Shown here: in pieces, positions 54,083 to 64,000 of the stretch
Numbering within the stretch: the first letter of the stretch is position 1
Layout of the letters: each line of letters opens with the position of its first letter
Source: Octopus sinensis
Taxonomy: Eukaryota
Direction of reading: 5' to 3'
Length of the DNA stretch: 64,000 nt
Assembly: GCF_006345805.1 (NCBI RefSeq)
Contig: NC_043010.1
Coordinates: 68,324,001-68,388,000, forward strand
Notes under the pieces: model-generated
Seen by the model: the letters and a program-made list of their open reading frames with translations, nothing else
Told to the model about the DNA's origin: nothing
Database searches by the model: none
Position numbers and translations under genes: made by a program

Positions 54083-54408
54083 TTGCTGGCTTTGCTGGGT
54101 GGAGGTGCTTATCTCCCCTGTTCGAAAACTTATGGACACACAATGATTATGTCACATAGCCAGCTGGAAACAGTGTCTCTTGGAGATAAAAAGCAGTAAC
54201 ATTCTTCCCTTTCCTGGGACTGCCACATTAAGTTGGCAACAAACCATCACTTTATCGCGGTGCTACTGTATAAGTCTCTCTGAGAGATTTAGAAATGCCA
54301 TAATTCTAATTTTGTAGATCAGTGAATTTATTTCACTTGAAATTCTTTTTCAAGTGAAAAAATTTTGAAAAGGCGAATAAGTATCGACAGCTAGCAAGCC
54401 AAGCTACA

Positions 54409-54449
54409 CCAGACTGATGAAGAGCTATGACTCTGAAATTCGTCTCTGG
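54409..54449 (+). ncRNA. type I hammerhead ribozyme, GUC site (second copy)
   Basis: CCAGA-CUGAUGA-AGAG(ctatga)CUCU-GAA-AUUCGU-C-UCUGG; predicted cleavage after C54444. Confidence 0.8.
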
Positions 54450-54755
54450 ATGCTGGCTTTGCTGAGTGGAGGTGCTTATCTCCTCTGTTTGAAAACTTAA
54501 GGACACAGAACCACCACTTAATATATATCTTAGAATGTTTGGAGATGATGTACAGTTATTATATATTAGAAGAAATGAGGTACTCTCAAATGGAGTTGTC
54601 AACTCCACTAGAGTGGACGAAAGCGCTAATATATATGATATATGATTTATAAAAACATGTAACATACTAATAAATATCTGTAAATATAAACCCATCCAGA
54701 TTTCTGAGTACCTCATTTCTTCTAATATATATATGTTATATATATATATATATAA

Positions 54756-54794
<39 letters not shown>

Positions 54795-55404
54795 CACAGG
54801 TGCACATACGCGTACACACATATGCACAGGCATACATACACACATGCAAATTTCATACAGACATAGTTTATGGTTTCGTTATAGTTAGGATCGACAAAAA
54901 CATACTCCATGCAATGAGAGATAAATGTTATTTAATATACACACTGTTTAAAATAAGACCTCCTAATAGTTTCTTGCCATGGAGACACAGATTTATACAA
55001 CGAAGATTTGTATAATGTGCCTAATCTCAGTGTCTCTAAGGTAAAAAAAAAACTATTTTAAATGTCGTCTATATTAACCGATATATATGTACATATATAT
55101 GTGTGTTTGTGTGTGTGTGTGTGTGGCAAATGAAAGACGGAGATGGAATACACAAGAATTTATTAATGACGACAATCGTTTCGACACATCTAGCATCGAT
55201 ACCACATGGATGGGACACTCATTCTTTACCTGAATTTGTGTTTAGGGAGAGTCATCATGTCAATATAATCAACCACACAAACTGGTTCAATTCTATTCGT
55301 TTATTAGACATCCTATTTTTCTTTTTTTGGTCAAAACTCTTTCGATGCGCTTTTGCAACATTCTCAGTGACTATCGACTGTACATACATACATTATAGAT
55401 CGTT

Positions 55405-55577
55405 AGCCACTACACACATTTTTTCCCTCGTTGTTTTTTCTGAGTCCCTTTCTGTAGAAGAGCGTAGGCTCGAAACGTAAAAGACTTTTTCTATTCCTGA
55501 GCGTTATACTAATACGTCTGTTTGTTTTGTACACCACCTGTCTTCGTCTTTTGTTTTTTTTCGTAATCTCTACCTAA
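55405..55577 (+). mobile_element. Penelope-type terminal fragment with variant hammerhead (55448-55483)
   Basis: CUUU-CUGUAGA-A-GAGC(gtag)GCUC-GAA-ACGU-A-AAAG; the downstream sequence matches 21078-21170 in reverse complement. Confidence 0.55.
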
Positions 55578-55655
<78 letters not shown>

Positions 55656-55973
55656 TAATATATATATGCGCATGCGTGCGCGTGTGTATGTGTGTGTGTG
55701 TGTGTGTGTGTAGAAGAAATAAAATGGAACACCCGAGTTGATATGTATGAGGAAAAAAGTCAAGGTAGAAACTGCTAAAATAATTTTATCATAAAAATCA
55801 TTTTAGTACCGGTTCCATTCATTAAGACTTTTTCAACTGTAAGTATAGAAAACATTTAAATTTTGGATAAATTAAATGAAAAGATTTTTAAAAGAATATT
55901 TGCATAGTATTCAAATAAAAGGTGCATTTTCCTCGTTTCACATATAAATATACCTACACACACACACACACAC

Positions 55974-56012
<39 letters not shown>

Positions 56013-56018
56013 TATATA

Positions 56019-56525
56019 TCTATATATATAAAACTCTAGTTGTGTGAGTGTCTGTCCCCTTCGATTTAGATTCCTAACTCCTCCCACATTTTGCGGTGCA
56101 GTTTAGTTAACAAATTCGGGGATCTTATAGTCGTGATTCATATCGAGCCCGTCTGACTATTAGCGCGCGTCAACGATGAGTCTACGATTTTAAAAATAAT
56201 TTAACATCATTTTTATTCCATTTTAATGCATAAAATGCATCGTGTGTCGATGGCGGTGGAGTTGGCGTCCACGCTCACAGCTGCACCTGTTTGCTTCTCC
56301 CCCTTCCCTCCCTCGTGAAGCTGTGGGGAAGGGAGTGTAAAGAAATCAACGTCGTAATGCGTTGTGAAGGGAAACCAGCGTTCTTTTAGAACACGACTTC
56401 ATGGCTTGAAGACACCAAAACAAAAATGGCTAAGAAAGCCCGAATTTATAAGGGAAGTAACTCTCTAAAAATGCTTATATAGTTATTCCCTTACAAACCC
56501 GAGCAACGCCGGGCGATACTGCTAG
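56019..56525 (+). mobile_element. non-autonomous Helitron, family 1 variant with extra internal segment
   Basis: Same termini; unique ~215 bp at 56232-56446. Confidence 0.78.
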
Positions 56526-57132
56526 TATATATATATAGATTTTGCATAGGTATTGCGGATATGTTATGAAGGAGCAATTTTTTAATGCGTTCATACATAT
56601 GCATACACATACATGAACGTATGTGTATGTATGCATGTACGTATTTAAATTTGTATATACACATAACACCTATATATATAGATATATATATATATATATA
56701 TATATATCTATATATATTATATGTATGTAAATATATGCAAACACGCCTTCGTCTTAATATAGCTATGTATATGATTTTGTGTATATGCATCTGAATATAT
56801 ATGTGTGTTGTATATATATATATGTGTGTGAGTGTGTATGTATGTAAATATGTGTGCGTGTAGGTATGTATATATATATATATATGTGTGTGTGTGTATG
56901 TATGTATATATATATATATGTGTGTGTGTATGTATGTATATATATATATATGTGTGTGTGTGTGTAGGTATGTATATATATACGTGTGTGTGTATGCATA
57001 TATATGTGTGTATGTATATGTATATGTATGTGTGTATGTATATATAAGTGTGTGTATGTCTATATATACAATAAATGCACACACACATAAACACACATAC
57101 ATTCTAAGAGGTGCGCACATACCAGCTCACAC

Positions 57133-57182
<50 letters not shown>

Positions 57183-58342
57183 AGTGTTTGTGGTGTGTGT
57201 GTGTTTGATATACATATATGTGCGCGCGTGCGTATGTGTGTGTATGTGTGTGTGTATGTATGTGTGAATGTATCAATGTGTGAATGTAAGCAATTTCCAT
57301 TGAACCATAAACATTGGCAACACCTGCAAATAGCGGCAAATTAATCTGTGTATGTCATATGCAGTTTTAGCACGAACGCTTACCGTCAATTTGCGCACCA
57401 CATTCATATATAGACATTGGTATTTGGTGTTGATGTAGAGGTATAAAAAGCCGGATTCCAAAATTCTAGCTCTGGTTTCAAGGAATGTTATTACGATGTT
57501 TCTAAATTAATATCGCTTCGACATTAGGAAATGAGGCTGCATGGCCCGGTGGTTAGTGAGTTGCTTGCTTGATCGCAATGCTAACTATAGTGGATAGCGT
57601 GTTCGAATTCTGAGCGCAGATTTTCCTTGTATGAAGTGAGGTTTTTTAGTCGAAGAAATCGTCCCCAGGACTTATTCTTTGTAAGCTTAGTAGTTATTCT
57701 GTCCGTCCCTTTTGCCGAACCGTTCATTTACAGGGGACGTAAACACACCAACATTGCTTGTCAAGCGGTGGTAGAGTGACAGACATAGAAAAAATATTAT
57801 AGGTTTCCCGTTTTGGGGGATTCTGGTTTTTTATTATTTTGTGGGGAAAAAAATTAATTTCGAACGTTTTAGGCTTTGTTGTTACGTCTCTCCCCCCCCC
57901 CCAGCGGGGATGGGATTTGAACTGTTGTCCTCGTTGAGAGAAAAGAAAAAGTAAAAAAATTATAGGCTTCCCATTTTCTGGGGTTAAATTGTGTATAAAT
58001 TTATTTCGAACGAATATGTCGGTCGAAATAATTCAAGAAACAAACCAGCTGCATGAGCCAGCAAAAAAGTTCGCGGCAGGAGCCGTTAAATCGTGTAAAA
58101 ATGTAGTAATACAAAGGGAGAAACTCTCCGAGCTTTTTGAGAGAATGAAAGAGGAGGGTGGGGTTATAAAGATCTCCCCTAGTGTTTGAAATATGAAGAG
58201 AAGGACAGTCGTTTACAAAACGTAATGTCCTTCATCGAAAAAATTCAAGCACTTCGAAAAGTGGGAAATAGAAAAATGCCTGGCTCCTACATGGAAAGAT
58301 ATAAAATACATAGCGAGGAGCCGGACATATGGAACAATAGAG

Positions 58343-58847
58343 GGATCTTTTCACTTTGACAGGCAGATTTTAAAAATAATTTCTTTTTAACTAAACACTT
58401 TTAAACTTCGTATAGTGGTAGAATGTGTTACATAAAACATCTTTTTCTCTTGGCTTTCTTGAGAAAATTCTGTAGTCTGTAAGCTATTTGTTGTTAAATT
58501 TCTTGCATTTCGGCAATTTCAACCAATCAATGACGTTTATTGAGGTGAATACAATTACTGCTGTAGTTTGTCAACAACAATTTCCTGCGGTGTCTACTCA
58601 GTTTGTCACTGTTATTTATGACATATTTCATATCAGTTACGTTCGTATGAATAAAAGATTATCGTCATTAAACTTTTATTATATGCTGTGAACATATTCT
58701 AAGTTCACAACATATGCAGTTTTAATTTCCCACTCCGTTGCACAGATACACACATTAAATATTATATATTCGTTTAAGAAACAGTTTCGGTTCATTTACA
58801 TTTCTGAAGAAAAAAGATACCCTTCCCCCACCCCTAACCCTAACCCC
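58343..58847 (+). mobile_element. older related MITE copy hosting the insertion
   Basis: Degenerate left TIR ggatcttttcactttgacaggcag; internal blocks align with 58880-59160. Confidence 0.65.
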
Positions 58848-59264
58848 GGATCCTTTCGGTTTGAACGGCAGTTTTTAACATAATTTCTAGGCAACTAAAA
58901 AATTTTAAACTCCGTATACTGGTAGAATGTGTTTATAAAACATCTTTTTTCTCTTGGCTTTATTAAGAAAATTCTATAGTTAGTAAGATATTTGTTGTTT
59001 TTTTTCTTCAATTTCTGCAATTTCAACCAATTAATGACGTGTATTGAGGTTATAAACATTCTGTGCCGTATGAATATGTCCCTCGTTTAAGAAACAGATT
59101 GGGTTTATCTACATTTGTGAAGAAAAAGAGATGCCCTTCCCCCACACCTAACCTTAACCCTAAAACAGATTGAAATGCAATAGATCGATACTAGGGTCAT
59201 AATTATGGGTGACAATTTCATATGACACCGCTAGAAAAAACTGCCGTTCAAACCGAAAAGATCC
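58848..59264 (+). mobile_element. MITE with 29-bp TIRs and 8-bp TSD (Merlin-like)
   Basis: TIRs ggatc(c/t)tttcggtttgaacggcagttttt at 58848-58876 and 59236-59264 (1 mismatch). TSD CTAACCCC at 58840-58847 and 59265-59272. Confidence 0.85.
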
Positions 59265-59271
59265 CTAACCC

Positions 59272-59404
59272 CTAATCCTCAGGGATAGAAAGAAAGGTTC
59301 TTTAACGTTTCGAGCAAAGCTCTTTTTCAGAAACAGTTGACAGAGGAAAGTCCAAGAACAAAGGAAGACAGAGGAATAAATCGCCAACAATCCACAAGTA
59401 GCTG

Positions 59405-59408
<4 letters not shown>
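59272..59408 (-). mobile_element. related Penelope-type fragment with hammerhead-like motif (59300-59334)
   Basis: GUUU-CUGAAAA-A-GAGC(ttt)GCUC-GAA-ACGU-U-AAAG; G8 is mutated. The tail ttctatccctgag resembles the 55448 copy. Confidence 0.5.
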
Positions 59409-59456
<48 letters not shown>

Positions 59457-59586
59457 GCAGGAGTGGCTGAGTAATTCTTGGCTTTCTTTCATCAGTCAAA
59501 TCCCAGAAGTCACGACTATTTCGGGCACACACACATACACATACACACATATATATATATCCGGATGGATATATAGATCTGGATGT

Positions 59587-59628
<42 letters not shown>

Positions 59629-60361
59629 ACATCCAGATCAATCCGGCCTCTTGAGCCAGCTTTGGTCAGTTGACCATTAAGTGACGTATCGCTGTAGAAT
59701 ATATGGACCAGAATATATTTTTTTCATAAAAAAAAAAATAGAAACCGACAACCCACTCCCTCCCTCCCTCCACCTCCCACCTGTTAAGTGGGTAATTCGA
59801 ATAATTAACCCCCCTCCACCTTCACCAACATCTCCGCTTCCCGCCCGCCAGCCCGCCCGCCAGCCCCCACCCCCCATACTTTGTCCTTACCCTTACCATA
59901 GTGGATTAGCTTTCAGTCATTTTTGAAACTCGCTGGTAATTTTCCTGTCAGAAGGTCTCATTTTTTTGTCTCATTTTTCTGGCTGCCATTGCTGTTGAGG
60001 TGGCGGTGGTGTTGCAGTTGTTGTTGTTGGTTGTTGCTGTTGTTGTTGTTGTCGGCTTTTGCTGTTCTTTTTATTCGCTCTTCGGTTACAGAAATAGAAA
60101 TTTCGCGGAAGTATTTCATTTATGTATGTTTATTTACATCTCTAACCCTAAATACACACACACACACTCACACACGTGTGTGTGTGTATTGGTATAGGCG
60201 TTTTTGCACGGTAGTGTGTAACTGGGTTCCGTGTATCTGTATTAGTGTATGTGCACGAGCGTGGGCGTTTGTGAGGGTGTATATGTGTGCACAGGTTTTA
60301 AGAGAAAGCGTGGATATGTGTGTGTGTGTACTTGTATTCGTTTAAATTTGAGTAAAAATTC

Positions 60362-60830
60362 AGAGGAAGGGAGGGGGTGAGAGAGAGGAAGGAAGAGAGA
60401 GGGAGATGGGGAGAGAGGGAGAGAGGAGGAGGGGAGAGATGGGAGAGAGGAGGAGGGGGAGAGAGAGGAGGAGGGAGAGATTGGAGGGAGAGAGATGGAG
60501 GGAGGGAGAGAGATGGAGGGAGAGAGAGAGGGTGGGTGATAGAGAGATAGAGTGATAGAGAGAGAGAGTGATAGAGAGAGTGACAGAGAGAGAGAGAATG
60601 ATAGAGAGAAAGAGTGATAGAGAGAGATTGATAGAGAGAGAGAGTGTAAGAGAAAGAGAGTGATAGAGTGATAGAGAGAGAGTGAAAGAGAGAGACAGAG
60701 AGAGAGAGAGTGACAGAGAGAGAGTGATAGAGAGAGAGAGTGTGATAGAGAGGGAGAGAGTGATAGAGAGAGAGTGTGTGATAGAGAGAGAGAGAGATAG
60801 AGAGAGAGAGAGTGATAGACAGGATAGACA
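60362..60830 (+). repeat. (GA)n/(GAGAGTGATA)-type purine-rich repeat
   Basis: Visible directly in the sequence. Confidence 0.9.
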
Positions 60831-61269
60831 AGTTTAGATTCCAAGCTGTGTCCTCTTGAAGAACACTCCTATTCACAAATGAAACACGTGTAAAAGTGAA
60901 TAAATTACATCTTTTACCTTTTTCTTGTTCCTATCCTTAGACTGTGGTCATGCTGCGGTACCAAAACCTTTTTTGCCATCTTGTTTTGATATATTCCGTC
61001 TTCGTCAATTGTTTCACATTAAATTTGTTTACTTTCGAACGTCCAATCTGTATTGTTTTGTTTGCTCGAAGCCCTAATTCTCCGCAAATTTTGCGGGCGC
61101 CGCCGATATGCAAAGTTGTGAGTTTTATCGTTAAAGGCATGAAACTGTGTATTAATATTTCGGTCGATAACTGATGAAGATTTAGGGTCCTTCTGTGTCT
61201 GTCCTACGTATAAAGATTAAAATCACGTTAAGGATAATTATCAGATAGTTAGCATAGAAATAAACAATT

Positions 61270-61310
<41 letters not shown>

Positions 61311-61488
61311 TATTGTTTGAGTCTGGTGTGTTTATTCTATCAGTCCTTTTTCTGAAATCGCCAAGTTGCAAGGACATAAACAAACCAGCACCAGCTGCCA
61401 AATGGTGATATGTATAATTATTGATTTAATCTATATATGCCCAACCCAACATATACATACGTATATATATATGTATACATAGACAGAC

Positions 61489-61564
<76 letters not shown>

Positions 61565-62745
61565 GGGGAGAGAGAGAGGGAAGGAGAGAGGTAAAGAGAA
61601 AGAGAGAAGGAGAGAGAGACTGAAAGAGACAGAGAGAAAGACAGAGAGAGAGAGAGACTGAGAGAGACTGAGTGAGTGAGCAGGAGAGTTGAAGGAGTAG
61701 GTGCCACTGGCAAATGGAAGACCTAAGACGTAAACATCGTAAGGAATAAATTACGTATGCTTTTTTAATTATTCGTGATACACTGCCGTGTTTCGATCTT
61801 CTGTTCGTTAAAGTTCGGAAATTATGAAATTCCACTTTGGGGAATTTAGAAGAAAAATACTATAAAAAAAAAGAGAGAATATATAGACAAGGTTTAGGAG
61901 ATGAGAATATCTTTAACAAGGAGTTTTCCGTCTGGACTATCTTAAAACCAACCAGAGTTATTTGAAGACATACATATGTATAGAGGTGCAGAAGGGATGA
62001 ACAAAAGCTAAGAAGAAAAAAAAGGAGGGAGAGAGGGATTGGGAGAAAGATCCAAATATATCTATGGCAGTAAATTAGAAGAAAAAGACGAAAATGGCAA
62101 AGATAAAAAAGGCTTTATCAACAACATTCAAGCTGAGGTAAAAAGTCGGTTTCCTTGCGCTGAAGGTTTTGTTCCGTAGATTTTCTTTCAAACGGATTTT
62201 AATGGGAAAAAGATGTACACTTGTATGTCGGATAAGATGGAAACGCAGTAAGGAGGATGAGAGTGAGTTTGGGGGAAAGAATAGCTGCGAAAAAAAAAAA
62301 TGATTTAATAAAAGCATCAAACAGAATGAAGAGATATGAAAAAGGAAATGAGAAAAAAACGAAAGTTAGTGTTGAGGGGGTGAAAACAAAAAGCAGAGTG
62401 CGGAAAATGAATAGGCCTAAGAGTGATTGTAAGACTAAGTGTGCTAGGGAAGGTCGTTGACTTGATAAATGTATAAAAATAGTAACAATATATCTAGCAG
62501 AAGTGTTTGAAATCAAAGCAAGATACCTTAAAATATTCTTGCTGGTGCAAAGCGTACGTTTTTTTAACCGGTGTTTTTGTAAAATATGTTGCCGTAAAAT
62601 CATTGGTCCTTTATAACGCTCACATTTTTATAATGTTTGCGTTAACGTTGTAGTATTGTTAAGTTTCATAATTAAATAAAAGAACAGTGTTATTTTAATA
62701 ATAATGATATTTCAGTAGTAATTAAGTAAATTACAACATATATAT

Positions 62746-63156
62746 ATTTCTTTATTGCCCACAAGGGGTTAAACATAGAGGGGACAAACAAGGACAGACA
62801 AAGGGATTCATTCGATTACATTGACTCCCAGTGCGAAACTGGTACTTTATCTATCGACCCCGAGAGGATGAAAGGCAAAGTCGACCTCGGCGGAATTTGA
62901 ACTCACAACGTAACGACAGACGAAACACCGCTAAGCATTTCGCTAACGTGTCTGCCAGCTCAGGACAAACAAGGATAGACAGACGGATTAAGTCGATTGC
63001 ATCGACCCCAGTGCGTAACTGGTACTTATTTAATCGACCCCGAAAGGATGAAAGGCATAGCCGACCTCGGCGGAATTTGAACTCAGAACATAACGGCAGA
63101 CGAAATACGGCTACGCATTTCGCCCGGCGTGCTAACGGTTCTGCCAGCTCGCCGCC
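62746..63156 (-). mobile_element. SINE family A, two head-to-tail copies
   Basis: Two reverse-complement matches, each ending in ctgccagctc (head). Confidence 0.85.
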
Positions 63157-63580
63157 CCAGACAGTTGTTATTTAACAAACAAAAATTTATGCATGAATGT
63201 TTATAAATATGATTTAGACTTTGTTGTGAAGTCACAAATTAATTTTTCATGGTTTTGTGCAATGGATAATGTTAGCTTAGGTTAAAAAATAATTAAAAAA
63301 GAGAAAAGGTTATGTATAAAGGCTGAAGTACAAAAGGTTGGAAACAACAAAAAATGAAGAAAATAGAAGAAAAAGAAGAGACAGCAGAAGAAAGGAATAT
63401 ATTTAGAGTTCAAATAAGAAGCAAGAGAAAGGATGATTTAAGAAAATTAAGAAATTAATATACGCGTAGATGATTTCGTAATCTCCATATCAAAAGACCA
63501 AAAGGATAGGCATCTACCTATCCTTTTGTTCCATTATATATATATATATATATATATATCTATATATATATATATATATA

Positions 63581-63614
<34 letters not shown>

Positions 63615-64000
63615 CACCAGCTTAATCGATTCATTGCCTATAACCAATCTTTATTCAGGCAGCTATAAACTATAACATCCCTGTGTTAAAAGCTGGAGTA
63701 TAAGCGCAATTCGAACTAAACATGAAGTATATATGCCTTTTGTCTTATGTCATTTGACATCGTATTAACCAGAATTTACCAATAATGTATGCGATTCTGA
63801 GATGGATGAAGTGAAGGAGGGTGTAGGTAAATTATGAAGTGTAAGGGGAGAGTTTTATTGTGTAATATCTGGGACTTATTTAGCAGTTTCGTTCTTGTGT
63901 TTTCGATTGGTTTTTCGTGGTGGGGTTGTATAAAGTGGCGATCAATAATTAAAAGAAATATATGGAAATTAGTAAGTGATAATGGAATACGGGAACAGAT

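Larger units (their letters stand above)
53924..54510 (+). mobile_element. Penelope-like or retrozyme-like non-autonomous element
   Basis: 102-bp direct repeats at 54042-54143 and 54409-54510 (9 mismatches by eye), each starting with a hammerhead. Inverted repeat 53924-54045 versus 54164-54301. Confidence 0.7.

Noticed and set aside
61165-61200. CTGATGAAG motif
   Set aside because: No stem II and no downstream GAAA.

Overview
AT-rich, microsatellite-dense animal genomic DNA; the repeat families and composition suggest an octopus or other coleoid cephalopod (inference). One protein-coding gene is well supported: the last four coding exons of an MMP21-type matrix metalloproteinase on + (691-987, 2038-2292, 4469-4644, 8799-9131). 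They splice in frame at GT/AG sites and encode the HEIGHVLGLNH zinc motif, Met-turn and hemopexin domain. The rest is mostly repeats: at least four tRNA-headed SINE families (labelled A-D here), remnants of R4/Dong-, RTE- and CR1/L2-type LINEs, a deleted mariner with intact TIRs, non-autonomous Helitrons, a Merlin-like MITE and very long microsatellites. Nearly all long ORFs in the supplied track are translated microsatellites. The most striking unannotated signal is about 10 minimal type I hammerhead-ribozyme motifs from at least three families. These include (i) a tRNA-headed SINE carrying a hammerhead, flanked by target-site duplications, (ii) a TSD-flanked inverted pair of that element, and (iii) two GUC-cleaving hammerheads in direct repeats 367 nt apart with a Penelope/retrozyme-like layout. 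All alignments, structures and family assignments were made by eye; repeat boundaries are approximate and ribozyme activity is untested.
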